Assembly (NCBI GenBank): GCA_022841375.1
Contig: JALHRQ010000016.1
Coordinates: 2,166-66,165, forward strand
DNA: 64,000 nt
Reading direction: 5' to 3'
Source of the DNA: Burkholderiales bacterium
GTDB taxonomy: Bacteria > Pseudomonadota > Gammaproteobacteria > Burkholderiales > SG8-41
Position numbers and translations under genes: made by a program. The notes beneath the pieces were generated by a model. That model made no database searches and had not been told where the DNA came from. It saw only the letters and a program-made list of their open reading frames with translations. Shown here piece after piece: positions 26,931 through 36,443 of the stretch (positions within the stretch are counted from its first letter, which is position 1; each line of letters begins with the position of its first letter).

Positions 26931-27491
26931 TCAGTCCTTGTAGCGTGCACCCATCATGACGAAAGCCATCAGGCTGCCGTCGCGAGGATTGGTCCAGCCA
27001 TGCCAGTTGCCGAGCTGCACCACCACGTCTCCGGGATGCATCACATGTTCGCCGTCATCGAGCAACAGCACGCGTTCGCCCTGCAGCATGATGCCGTAGT
27101 CGACCGTTTCGGATTTATGCACCGGGGATGAATAGGCATTGGCGCCGCCCTTGTCCCAGGTGCCGCCATGGCGCTGTTTCGGTTCATGCAGCGGAATCGC
27201 GGTTTTGTCATCCTCGGGCTTGTAACCGGCGGGTTTTCCCGGCGACTGCACGATTCGCAGATGACCGCCTGCTTCAGGAGGCTCGAAGCTGAATGGCAGA
27301 TTGCCATCGTCGCGTTCGCCGGAAATCGGCGCCGGACACTGCTGATACACCCAGACATCGGTCATGCAGGTGCCGGGTCGGATGGCTCCGGGATTGACGT
27401 TGGGCGAATCACTGTCATAAAGCACACGCGAGCGGCCCTGCGCATCATTGCCGGTAACCACCCGGCGTATCGGTTTGATCCGGTTAGTCAT
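26931..27491 (-). CDS. cupin domain protein (tandem paralogue)
   Basis: This is ORF 26931..27512 trimmed to ATG 27491, which has AGGAG 7 nt upstream. Sequence features are KPIRRVVTGNDAQGRS... and PGDVVVQLGNWHGWTNPRDGSLMAFV. Confidence 0.75.
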   Translation of the reverse strand: MTNRIKPIRRVVTGNDAQGRSRVLYDSDSPNVNPGAIRPGTCMTDVWVYQQCPAPISGERDDGNLPFSFEPPEAGGHLRIVQSPGKPAGYKPEDDKTAIPLHEPKQRHGGTWDKGGANAYSSPVHKSETVDYGIMLQGERVLLLDDGEHVMHPGDVVVQLGNWHGWTNPRDGSLMAFVMMGARYKD

Positions 27492-27504
27492 TGCCTCACT
27501 CCTG

Positions 27505-28482
27505 TCATGCACCCTCCGCCTGCAGCCCCAGTTGCTTGATCAGTTTGCCCATGCGCTCGATCTCGGAGCGCACGATGGCGGCCGACTGCTCCGGCGTGGT
27601 GCCGAAAATCTCGGCACCTTCACCCTCCAGACGCGCTTTCACGTCGGCTTGCTGCAGCACCTTGACCAGTTCCTGATGCAGGCGTGCAACGATTGCCGGC
27701 GGGGTCGCGCCCGGCACCAGAATCATGTGGCCGCCGACCTCATCGAGCCCGGACACGCCCGATTCGGCAATCGTCGGCACATCGGGCCAGATACGCGACC
27801 GCTTCGATCCGCTGATGGCAAGGGCGCGCAAGCGGGCGGCTTTGATCAGCGGCACGCTGGCGATCATGTTGGCGAGCTGGAATTGCACCTGCCCCGCCAC
27901 GAGATCGGCCATCGCCGGACCCGCGCCTTTGTACGCAATGTGCACCGCGGTCATGCCGGTAGCTGCCTTCAGTACTTCGGTTGCCAGATGCGGCCCCGTG
28001 CCGGCGCCTCCCGAGGAATAGTTAAGCTGACCAGGCCTTCTCTTGTCGAGCGCAACCAGATCCTTCAGGTTGCGCACCGGCAGCGCCGGGTGCACCACCA
28101 GGGCATATGGCGCGCCAGCCAGAATGGATACTGGCCTCAGGTCTTTCAGGGCATCGTAAGGCAGCTTGGAGTAACGGCCGGCATTGATCGTGTAAGTCGC
28201 CACTGCCACCAGCAACATGTTGTAACCGTCCGCCGACGACTTGGCGGCGATATCGGTGCCGATGACCCCGCCAGCTCCGGCGCGATTTTCGACAAACACG
28301 GTCTGCTTCATGCTTTCCGTCAGCTGTTGCGCCATGCTGCGCGCAAGAATATCGCTGGGCCCGCCGGGCGCCAGCGGCACAATCAACCGGATCGGCCGTG
28401 CCGGGTAACCCTGTTGCGCCTGCGCGGGAGCCCATACGCCTGCAACTATCAGTGTTGCGAGGATAGCGAAGATGCGTTGCAT
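27505..28482 (-). CDS. Bug/TctC-family substrate-binding protein
   Basis: 325 aa with a signal peptide followed by GYPARPIRLIVPLAPGGPSDILAR. Confidence 0.88.
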   Translation of the reverse strand: MQRIFAILATLIVAGVWAPAQAQQGYPARPIRLIVPLAPGGPSDILARSMAQQLTESMKQTVFVENRAGAGGVIGTDIAAKSSADGYNMLLVAVATYTINAGRYSKLPYDALKDLRPVSILAGAPYALVVHPALPVRNLKDLVALDKRRPGQLNYSSGGAGTGPHLATEVLKAATGMTAVHIAYKGAGPAMADLVAGQVQFQLANMIASVPLIKAARLRALAISGSKRSRIWPDVPTIAESGVSGLDEVGGHMILVPGATPPAIVARLHQELVKVLQQADVKARLEGEGAEIFGTTPEQSAAIVRSEIERMGKLIKQLGLQAEGA

Positions 28483-28520
28483 GATTGTTACTCCTCCAGG
28501 TTGAACTGCTTTTTTCTTGC

Positions 28521-29606
28521 TTAGAGTTTTCCGCCAAGCAAATCCATCGCCGTGTCATGGCAAATCTGCTCGCGCTCTTTTTTGGTAAGTCCTTTTACGC
28601 GATCCAGCATCTTTAGCGGCGCTTCCTCGCCCATATCAAAAGGCGCATCAGTGCCCAGCGTGACGCGATCCGCACCGACCTGATCGATCAGGTAACGCAG
28701 CGCCTTGGGGTCATGGATCAGCGCGTCGTAGTAAAACCGGCGCATCAGGTTGTAAGGCGAAGTCCTGGTCAAAGCACGCGTTTCCTTGCGCACCTTGTGG
28801 CCATGGACAAACCGGCCGATCTGATAGGGAATGTAACCGCCGCCGTGGGCCAGGCAGATTTTCAGTTTTTTCAATTCATCCAGCGCGCCGCTGTACATCA
28901 GATTGGCCGCCATGATCGTCGATTGCAGCGGATTGCCGATCAGGTTGCGCAGATAGTAGTTTTCAAGACCGCAGGACGCATCAAAGGAATACGGGTGAGC
29001 GAAAATGAACACCTTCAGATCCTGCGCCCGGCGCAGCACCTTGCGGAAACGAGGATCGGCCAGCGCGGCCTCTTCCACCGAGGTCCCCAGTTCAATCGAA
29101 CGAAAACCCTGATCGCGCACGATGCGCTCCAGTTCGGCTATTGCCGCGTCCGGATCCTGCATCGGGATGGTGCCCATCGGCCGCAGGCGGTCCGGATAGG
29201 CCGCGGCCATTTTGGCAATACCGTCATTGATCAGCCGTGAGGCTGCAAGCGCGGTATCGGCATCCAGCCAGTAGAAAAACACCATCGGCGCCGGAGAAAT
29301 GAATGACACGTCGATGCCCTTGCGGTCCATGCCGCGCACCTTGACCGCCGGATCATAAAACTCGTCGAACACGGGAAAGGTATGCCCGCCCTCACGGACG
29401 ATACGGCGCTTGCCGTCAATTTCCTTGACGCGCATCTGGTAACGGTCCGGGTCGCGCTCGATGGCCTGCAGCATGTCCAGCGGAATGACATGACTGTGCA
29501 CATCAATGCGCGGACGCGCTGCAGGTTTGGTTCTTTTTGCAGGCTCCGCTTTTTTTACAGCACCGGATTTTTTTGCCGTTGTTTTTTTCTTCGCCTTGAC
29601 TGCCAT
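28521..29606 (-). CDS. amidohydrolase-2 (ACMSD/LigW-type decarboxylase/hydratase) family protein with a Lys/Ala-rich N-terminal tail
   Basis: This is ORF 28521..29714 trimmed to ATG 29606, which has GGAGGA 5 nt upstream. The metal motif is RIDVHSHVIP. Also present are AHGGGYIP and TLGTDAPFD. The first 33 residues, MAVKAKKKTTAKKSGAVKKAEPAKRTKPAARPR, are highly basic. Confidence 0.8.
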   Translation of the reverse strand: MAVKAKKKTTAKKSGAVKKAEPAKRTKPAARPRIDVHSHVIPLDMLQAIERDPDRYQMRVKEIDGKRRIVREGGHTFPVFDEFYDPAVKVRGMDRKGIDVSFISPAPMVFFYWLDADTALAASRLINDGIAKMAAAYPDRLRPMGTIPMQDPDAAIAELERIVRDQGFRSIELGTSVEEAALADPRFRKVLRRAQDLKVFIFAHPYSFDASCGLENYYLRNLIGNPLQSTIMAANLMYSGALDELKKLKICLAHGGGYIPYQIGRFVHGHKVRKETRALTRTSPYNLMRRFYYDALIHDPKALRYLIDQVGADRVTLGTDAPFDMGEEAPLKMLDRVKGLTKKEREQICHDTAMDLLGGKL

Positions 29607-29779
29607 GATGCTCCTCCGTTTCCCGGACACCCCGGGGTTGATCAATCGATCCCGATTCCGGCCTCCCGGATCACCCGGGCCTGGCACTTGTTGTTCTTGC
29701 GCATAAATTTCCAAATGCCGCCGGCGAGTTGCCTGCCGGTATCGCTACCGCACTCTGATGAATCCCCGCAGGCATTGAT

Positions 29780-30742
29780 TCAGTCCGGCTGCGCATTGGA
29801 ATCCTTGACCGCCTTGCCCCACTTGCGGATTTCACTCTGGATAAATGCGGCAAACGCAGACGCTGTCATCGGCTGCGGTTCGCTGCCCAGCGCCAGCAGG
29901 CGTTCGGTGACGTCCGGCTGGGCGATGGCCAGTTGCGTTTCCTGGTGCAGGCGCGACAACACCGCAGGCGGCGTGCTTGCGGGCGCCAGCAAACCGTACC
30001 AGCCGATAACTTCAAAATCACGCACGGTTTCACCGATCGCCGGCAATCCAGGCGCCAGCTTAGACCGGGTGGCGCTGGTCATGCCGAGTGCACGCAAACG
30101 CCCCGACTGCACCAGCGGCATCGCAACTGGCGTCACGGCAGTGGTGAAATGCACATGGCCGCCGATCAGGTCATTGATTGCCAGCATGATGCCTTTGTAG
30201 GGGACATGCACAAAATCAATGCCGGCCGCGGACTTCAGCATCTGTGAAGCCAGATGCGGCGGCGTGCCCGAGCCGCCGCTGGCAAACAGCAGTTCGCCGC
30301 GCCGCGACTTCGCCAGCGTGATCAGCTCGCGCACAGAACGCACCGGCAGGCTCGGATGTACGGCGAGCACAAAAGGCGCCGTCGCCACCATCGCCACCGG
30401 TGCAAGATCGCGGGTCAGGTCATAACCCAGCTTGGGAAAAAGCGTCATGCTGATGGCCTGGCTGGCCGACCCCAGCAGCAAGGTATGGCCGTCAGGCGCC
30501 GCGCGTGCAACCAGCTCTGCGCCGAGATTGCCGCCGGCTCCGGGACGATTCTCGACGTAAAACTGCTGTACCATGCGTTCCGCGAACTTCGCCGCCACCA
30601 TGCGCGCGATCAGGTCAGGGCCGCCGCCCGCAGCGACGGCGATCATACGCACCGGCCGTTGCGGATAGTTTTGCGCGGCAGCCGTCGCGGCGATCAGCAG
30701 CATTGCCGCAGCAACACAGAAATGAGCACGCTGTCCAGTCAT
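29780..30742 (-). CDS. Bug/TctC-family substrate-binding protein
   Basis: This is ORF 29780..30994 trimmed to ATG 30742 (MTGQRAHFCVAAAMLLIAATAAAQNYPQRPVRMIAVAAGGGPDLIAR). The upstream part overlaps the preceding gene. Confidence 0.82.
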   Translation of the reverse strand: MTGQRAHFCVAAAMLLIAATAAAQNYPQRPVRMIAVAAGGGPDLIARMVAAKFAERMVQQFYVENRPGAGGNLGAELVARAAPDGHTLLLGSASQAISMTLFPKLGYDLTRDLAPVAMVATAPFVLAVHPSLPVRSVRELITLAKSRRGELLFASGGSGTPPHLASQMLKSAAGIDFVHVPYKGIMLAINDLIGGHVHFTTAVTPVAMPLVQSGRLRALGMTSATRSKLAPGLPAIGETVRDFEVIGWYGLLAPASTPPAVLSRLHQETQLAIAQPDVTERLLALGSEPQPMTASAFAAFIQSEIRKWGKAVKDSNAQPD

Positions 30743-30750
30743 GCCGGCAG

Positions 30751-31653
30751 TCAGGCGGACCGCGGGTGACCGCGCCGGCCGCATTGGCGTGCACGCAGCA
30801 GCTCGCCATTGGCAGTCGTCACATACAGACTGTCGAGCCCGGTGTCGCCGAACGCGCAACGCATCGGCAGATCGACCGGCAGCGCATGGGTTTCCAGCAC
30901 TGCGCCGGACGGACTGAATACATAAACCAGCGCCCCTGCACCGGCACCCCGGGCGCCGCCGCAGGCAACGATATTGCCTTCCGCATCCAGACACAGGCCT
31001 TCGATGCCGCGATGCGTTCCGCGATGGTCACTGCCAAAGGTGTGCAGCACCGCGTACGGACCGAGACTGCCGTCCTCCCGGACCGGATAGGCCCGCAGTT
31101 CCCGCACCGCAGACTGCACATCGCCTTCCGCGACGTACAAGGTTTTTTCATCAGCGGACAACAACACCGCGCGCGGCGCGCGGTTGTCGTAGGTCATCCG
31201 CCGCAGCGCCCAGGACTTGCGGTCGTCGCGTTCGACGCGCAATACCGAGGCATGGTCCAGCGGCGGAAAAATCTTCGGGCCAAAGGCCGGTGTACCGCTG
31301 TGCGGATCGGAAAACCAGATGCGTCCGTCACGATCAACCGCCAGATCGCAGGGATGATTATGCACCCGCCCCTGAAGACGCAGCGCAGTCACCGTGGCAG
31401 AACCATCTGCGAGAAACTGCACAACACGGCGTCCGCCCTCCTGACAGCCGTAGAGGGAACCGCGGGGCCCCGCGGCGATGCCGTTGGTACGCCCGGTGTA
31501 TTGACGAAACTCCGTCGTTGTGTTTTTTGCCGGATCAAAACGCAGGATGCGTTCCTCGTTGATCAGGCTGAACAGCATGCCGCTGCCGTCCCATACCAGG
31601 CCGCCGGCCGGTCCGTTATACGGGCCCGCCACCTTTTCAAATGTCCATGCCAT
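30751..31653 (-). CDS. SMP-30/gluconolactonase/LRE-family beta-propeller protein
   Basis: This is ORF 30751..31683 trimmed to ATG 31653, which has GGAGAG 7 nt upstream. Sequence features are MAWTFEKVAGPYNGPAGGLVWDGSG... and NHPCDLAVDRDGRIWFSDP. Confidence 0.8.
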   Translation of the reverse strand: MAWTFEKVAGPYNGPAGGLVWDGSGMLFSLINEERILRFDPAKNTTTEFRQYTGRTNGIAAGPRGSLYGCQEGGRRVVQFLADGSATVTALRLQGRVHNHPCDLAVDRDGRIWFSDPHSGTPAFGPKIFPPLDHASVLRVERDDRKSWALRRMTYDNRAPRAVLLSADEKTLYVAEGDVQSAVRELRAYPVREDGSLGPYAVLHTFGSDHRGTHRGIEGLCLDAEGNIVACGGARGAGAGALVYVFSPSGAVLETHALPVDLPMRCAFGDTGLDSLYVTTANGELLRARQCGRRGHPRSA

Positions 31654-31666
31654 CGGCGACTCTCCG

Positions 31667-32560
31667 TTACCAGACCGCGACACCGGGAACCTTCACCCGG
31701 GTGCGATAAATCGAATCGTAGGTGGTGACATACAAGGACTTCCAGTCGTCATCACCCCACGCCATATTGGTGCTGTGTCCGGGAATCTTCAGTCGGCCAA
31801 GCACGCCGCCCTTCGGGTCAAATACGTAAACCCCGCCCGGGCCGGTGCAATACACATTGCCCTCGATGTCCACTTTCATCCCGTCCGCGACGCCCGGTTC
31901 GGGTTCGGTAAATTTGTGGAACAAGCGGCCCGCGCTAACCGTGCCGTCGGCCTTGACGTCATGAACATTGATCAGGCCCAGCCGGCTGTCATTCACATAC
32001 AGCAATTTTTCGTCCGGCGAAAACACCAGCCCGTTGGGATAGGTGCAGTCGGCAATCGCCAGACTGACCGTCTTGCCGTCCGGAGACAACCGGAACACGC
32101 CCATTACATCGAGGTAGCGCTGGGTGTCCTGCGCGACCATGCCGGGAATCACCAGACCACCGGCGGAATCGGTCCACCAGATCGAACCGTCGGATTTCAC
32201 GACAATGTCGTTGGGGCTGTTGAATTTCTTGCCTTCATACCGATCCGCAATCACCCGGGTCGAGCCATCCTTCTCGAACCGCCAGATCGTGCGGTTCGAC
32301 CAGCCCGCGACAACAATGCGCCCTTCGAGATCACAGGTCATGCCGTTGGCATGACCTGAGGGCCGCATCACCACCTCCTGGCTGCCGCCGGGTTTCCACT
32401 TCCAGATGGTGTTGCCGATGATATCCGCCCAATACAGATGACCGCTGCGACGGTCCCACACCGGGCCTTCACCAAAAGTCAGTCCATGGGCAATGCGATC
32501 CATCGGCGCATTGCGGCCGATGATGTGCGCCAAAGCCGGGGCTTCGAGATCAATATCCAC
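31667..32560 (-). CDS. SMP-30/gluconolactonase/LRE-family beta-propeller protein (tandem paralogue)
   Basis: This is ORF 31667..32611. Sequence features are GLTFGEGPVWDRRSGHLYWADI... and NSPNDIVVKSDGSIWWTD. The start is placed at GTG 32560, which has AAGGAG 5 nt upstream. ATG 32611 would overlap the upstream gene by 62 nt. Confidence 0.78.
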   Translation of the reverse strand: MDIDLEAPALAHIIGRNAPMDRIAHGLTFGEGPVWDRRSGHLYWADIIGNTIWKWKPGGSQEVVMRPSGHANGMTCDLEGRIVVAGWSNRTIWRFEKDGSTRVIADRYEGKKFNSPNDIVVKSDGSIWWTDSAGGLVIPGMVAQDTQRYLDVMGVFRLSPDGKTVSLAIADCTYPNGLVFSPDEKLLYVNDSRLGLINVHDVKADGTVSAGRLFHKFTEPEPGVADGMKVDIEGNVYCTGPGGVYVFDPKGGVLGRLKIPGHSTNMAWGDDDWKSLYVTTYDSIYRTRVKVPGVAVW

Positions 32561-34247
32561 CGGCCGCTCCTTCCGGGGTCCACCCCTTTTTGGCGAATGC
32601 CTTGACATCACTGGCCGCGTCGATGACCACCGGACGGTTCAGCGTATAGGCCTTTTGCAGGGCGGCACGCAACTCAGCCGGCGTTTTAGCCCGCATCCCC
32701 ACGCAACCGAAGGACTCCGCCACCTGCGCGAAATCCGTGGTGCGGAACTTCCACAGGTCTTCCGGATTCGCCTGCGTTACGCCGTCAAACGCCTTGTCCC
32801 ACAACGGGATTTCCTGGTTCAGTGCATTGTTGTTGTTGACCACCACCACCAGATTGATGCCGAAGCGCGCAGCGGTTTCCAGTTCTCCGATGTGATAATA
32901 AAACGCACCGTCACCGGTAAAACACACCACCGGTTGATCGGGCAATGCGCACTTCACGCCCATCGCCCCGGGAAATCCCCAGCCCATCGAACCGGCGCAG
33001 CGGATGTAGCGTTGCGATGGATGGCGCAGCTCGATCATCACACCGCTCCACATTCCCGAATGCCCGGTGTCCGATACCACGACACCGTTTTCGGGCAAGG
33101 TTTCCGAAATCTCCTTGCAGATGCGTTCCGGTCGCATCGGCACCGCGTCGGAATCCCGCAGCGGCTCACTTTCGGCACGCCAGTCAGCGACCAGCTTTTG
33201 CACCCGTGCCACCCAGGTCGCCATCGCCGCTGATGGTTGCGCGGGAATGACTGCCAGCAGTTGCTGAAGAGTCGCCTTCGCATCGCCGGCCAGTGACACG
33301 CTGTTCGGATAATTACGGCCGAGTTCCAGCGGTTCGATGTCGAGCTGGATAACCCGCGTGCCGGTGCCCGGAATTTTCCAGTTGACCGTGGTCTGGCCGC
33401 CGGTGCGGCTGCCGATAAAAAACACCAGGTCGGCTTCATGCACCGCACGATTGGCGCAGGCGCGGGAATAAGTGCCGACCACACCCACCGCCAACGGATG
33501 CTGGTCGACGATGGCCGCCTTGGCATTCAGTGTAGTCGCCACCGGAATCGACAGGCGTTCAGCCAGTGCCAGCACTTCGGCCTGCGCGCCCGACGACATC
33601 ACGCCGCCTCCGGCAACAATAATCGGTTTCTGCGCAGCAGCCAGTTGCGTCGCGACTTCACGAATCGCCGCAGCATCAGCTACCGGCCGGAACGCCGGGA
33701 CCCGCGAAAACGCCGGTTCCGTGGCCGATGACAGATCTGCCTCGCCGTCAGCCACCTGGCCGTGCAGTCCGCGCAACTGCAAATGCACCGGGCGCGGCGC
33801 GCCCGAGGTTGCGGCGCGGAATGCCTGCCGCAGCAAATCGGGCAGACGCGCCAGATCATCGACGCGGGCGTTGAACTTGGTCACCGCGTCGAACTGCGAC
33901 ATGTCCTCGACTTCCTGGTACGCATTGCGGTAACGCCCGGAAGGCACATGGCCGCCGGTAATTGCAATCAGCGGTGCCGAGGCCATATAGGCGTCGCGCA
34001 GACCGGCAGCAAGATTGGACGCGCCGATCTGCTGTGACATGCAGATGCCGGGCTTGCCGCTGGCACGGGCGTAACCGTCAGCCATATACACCGCGGACTT
34101 TTCGCCGTGTGTCATCACGCGGCGGATGTTCATGCCCTCCATCTCCGCCATGCCTTTGAGCAGAATCGCCGGCACATAAAAAAGGTGACTGACCCCGTAG
34201 CCGCGCAACATCTCCGCGACCAGGCGCGAACCCGTCATTCTTGGCAT
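32550..34247 (-). CDS. thiamine-diphosphate-dependent enzyme (acetolactate-synthase-like family)
   Basis: This is ORF 32550..34262 trimmed to ATG 34247, which has GAGGGG 7 nt upstream. Sequence features are GSRLVAEMLRGYGVSHLFYVP... and the ThDP motif GDGAFYYHIGELETAARFGINLVVVVNNN. Confidence 0.85.
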   Translation of the reverse strand: MPRMTGSRLVAEMLRGYGVSHLFYVPAILLKGMAEMEGMNIRRVMTHGEKSAVYMADGYARASGKPGICMSQQIGASNLAAGLRDAYMASAPLIAITGGHVPSGRYRNAYQEVEDMSQFDAVTKFNARVDDLARLPDLLRQAFRAATSGAPRPVHLQLRGLHGQVADGEADLSSATEPAFSRVPAFRPVADAAAIREVATQLAAAQKPIIVAGGGVMSSGAQAEVLALAERLSIPVATTLNAKAAIVDQHPLAVGVVGTYSRACANRAVHEADLVFFIGSRTGGQTTVNWKIPGTGTRVIQLDIEPLELGRNYPNSVSLAGDAKATLQQLLAVIPAQPSAAMATWVARVQKLVADWRAESEPLRDSDAVPMRPERICKEISETLPENGVVVSDTGHSGMWSGVMIELRHPSQRYIRCAGSMGWGFPGAMGVKCALPDQPVVCFTGDGAFYYHIGELETAARFGINLVVVVNNNNALNQEIPLWDKAFDGVTQANPEDLWKFRTTDFAQVAESFGCVGMRAKTPAELRAALQKAYTLNRPVVIDAASDVKAFAKKGWTPEGAAGGY

Positions 34248-34350
34248 TCCTGTTCCCCTCACTGTTGGAGACTGCAGTTTAAGACCGCTTGGTTATCCAA
34301 TAAAAGAATATTTGAGTATTGTTCGATGCCTGTTTGATATAGTTGGCGGC

Positions 34351-35280
34351 ATGAACCTCCGCCAGCTCCGTTACCTGCAGGGCATCGCCGAATCCGGATT
34401 CAACATTTCCCGCGCGGCAGAACATCTGCATACCGCACAGCCCGGGATCAGCCGCCAGATCCAGCTGCTGGAACAGGAACTCGGGGTCAGTCTGCTGCTG
34501 CGCAGGGGCAATCGGATTGTCGGCCTCACCGAGGCCGGTGGCGCGGTGCTGGAAGTGGCCCAGCGCATGCTCCGCGACGCCGACAACCTGCGGCATATCG
34601 GCGCCGAGTTCACGCAGCAGAGCTCAGGTCGACTGGTGATCGCCACCACCCACATCCATGCCCGTTATGTGCTGCAGCGCGTGATCAAGACCTTCATGGT
34701 CACCCACCCGCGCGTGCAACTGGTGCTGCGCCAGGGCGGGCCGGCGCAGATTGCGCAGCTGGTTGCAGCCGGCGAAGCCGATCTCGGCATCAGCAGCGAG
34801 CCGCCGGAGCCCGTGCATGAACTGGTGATGCTGCCCTGCTCCAAACTGGACCGCAGTGTGATCACCCGAAAACGTCATCCGCTGTTGAAGGAAAAACGGC
34901 TGACTCTGAAAATGCTCGCCGCCTATCCGCTGATCACGCTCGATCAGAGTTATATCGGCGGTTCCGCAGTATTGCGGGCATTTGAAAAAGCGAAGATTAC
35001 GCCGAACATCGTGCTGTCCGCGATTGATGCCGACGTCATCAAAACCTACGTCGAACTCGGGTTGGGGATCGCCATCCTGCCCACGGTGGCCTATGAACCC
35101 GAGCGCGACCGCAACCTGCAGGTGCGTGACGCCAGCGGGCTATTCGAACCCACCATTGCGCGCATCGAAATCCGTCGCAGCAGTTTCCTGCGCGACTACA
35201 TGTACGATTTCATCCGGCTGGTGGCGCCCGCATGGAATCGCGAAATGATCGATCAGATCATGCGTTCAGGCCCGCGCTGA
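34351..35280 (+). CDS. LysR-family transcriptional regulator, CysB/Cbl-like
   Basis: This is ORF 34312..35280 trimmed to MNLRQLRYLQGIAESGFNISRAAEHLHTAQPGISRQIQLLEQELG. The HTH pattern closely parallels my recollection of the CysB N-terminus. It is divergent from the ThDP-enzyme operon. Confidence 0.8.
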   Translation: MNLRQLRYLQGIAESGFNISRAAEHLHTAQPGISRQIQLLEQELGVSLLLRRGNRIVGLTEAGGAVLEVAQRMLRDADNLRHIGAEFTQQSSGRLVIATTHIHARYVLQRVIKTFMVTHPRVQLVLRQGGPAQIAQLVAAGEADLGISSEPPEPVHELVMLPCSKLDRSVITRKRHPLLKEKRLTLKMLAAYPLITLDQSYIGGSAVLRAFEKAKITPNIVLSAIDADVIKTYVELGLGIAILPTVAYEPERDRNLQVRDASGLFEPTIARIEIRRSSFLRDYMYDFIRLVAPAWNREMIDQIMRSGPR

Positions 35281-35293
35281 AACAAAGCGTCAT

Positions 35294-36274
35294 CTACAGA
35301 TCGGCCTTGATGCCGGCCGTCTTGACGATTTTTGCGTATTTGCCGATATCCGACTTGATGGTCGCGGTGAATTGCTCCGGACTGCCGCCAATCGGCTCAT
35401 AACCGAGCGCTCCCAGCCGCTGAATCACATCTGCTGACTTGAGGCTGCTGGCAATCGCCGCATTCAGCCTTGTCACCACGGCTTTCGGTACACCTTCCGG
35501 CGCCACCACGCCAAACCAGGGTGAAATGTCGTAACCGGGCAAACCGGATTCCGCGATCGTTGGAATTTCCGGCGACGATACCACCCGCTTTGCACTGGTG
35601 ACGCCAACGGTGCGCAATTTGCCCACTGCGGCATGCGGCTTGATCAGGGACAGATCGGCAAACATCATGTCAATCTGACCGCTGACAACATCCGTCAACG
35701 CAGGTGCCGTGCCTTTGTAGGGCACATGCAGGACGTCGGATTTGGCCATTGCGTTGAACAATTCAGCAGCCAGACTGGACATGCTGCCCATGCCCGACGA
35801 TCCGTAACTCAAATAGCCGGCTTTTTTAGCGGCGATCGGAACCAACTCCCTCACCGACTTGGCCGGCACCGTGGGATTCACGGCCAGTGCGTAAGGCACC
35901 AGCGCCACGTTGATCACCGGCGTGAAATCCTTGACGGGATCGTAGGACAGTTTTTCATACAAACTGGGAGCGACGGCGAGATTGCTGGTGCCGCCCATGG
36001 CGATGCCATAACCGTCTTTGGGCAGTCGTGCCGCGGCCTCAAGACCAATGGTGCCGCCGGCGCCACCGCGATTTTCCACGATTACCTGCTGGCCCCATTG
36101 CTCAGTCAGTTTCTGACCTACCAGGCGGCCGAGAATGTCATTGGGACCGCCGGGGGCAAAGGGCACGATCAGCTTCATCGGCTTCGCCGGAAACTGCTGA
36201 GCCTGCGCCAATCCGCAGGAAGCCCATATCAACATCGAAAAACCCAAATACACCGTAGATGCAAACGTTTTCAT
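35294..36274 (-). CDS. Bug/TctC-family substrate-binding protein
   Basis: This is ORF 35294..36334 trimmed to ATG 36274 (MKTFASTVYLGFSMLIWASCGLAQAQQFPAKPMKLIVPFAPGGPNDILGR). Confidence 0.85.
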   Translation of the reverse strand: MKTFASTVYLGFSMLIWASCGLAQAQQFPAKPMKLIVPFAPGGPNDILGRLVGQKLTEQWGQQVIVENRGGAGGTIGLEAAARLPKDGYGIAMGGTSNLAVAPSLYEKLSYDPVKDFTPVINVALVPYALAVNPTVPAKSVRELVPIAAKKAGYLSYGSSGMGSMSSLAAELFNAMAKSDVLHVPYKGTAPALTDVVSGQIDMMFADLSLIKPHAAVGKLRTVGVTSAKRVVSSPEIPTIAESGLPGYDISPWFGVVAPEGVPKAVVTRLNAAIASSLKSADVIQRLGALGYEPIGGSPEQFTATIKSDIGKYAKIVKTAGIKADL

Positions 36275-36443
36275 TAAATACCCCTGATTAAAATCCTCAA
36301 CGGGATAAAAGCAAGCATCGTGCCCATGGTTCATGCGCTGTGATGACGGTCAAAAGGCAAAAGCGCATTCACATCGTGCATGACCCCGTGGAGCCGCCCC
36401 AAGGAGGTGCGGCTTCCTTGCGCGGCTTGTTCAGGACAGCGCG

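Noticed and set aside
27448-31728. Plus-strand ORFs 27448..28524 (358 aa), 29382..30200 (272 aa) and 30505..31728 (407 aa)
   Set aside because: They are antisense to the Bug, amidohydrolase and SMP-30 genes. Their composition is dominated by Arg/Gly/Ala/His/Gln with no domains. The minus-strand genes explain the region.
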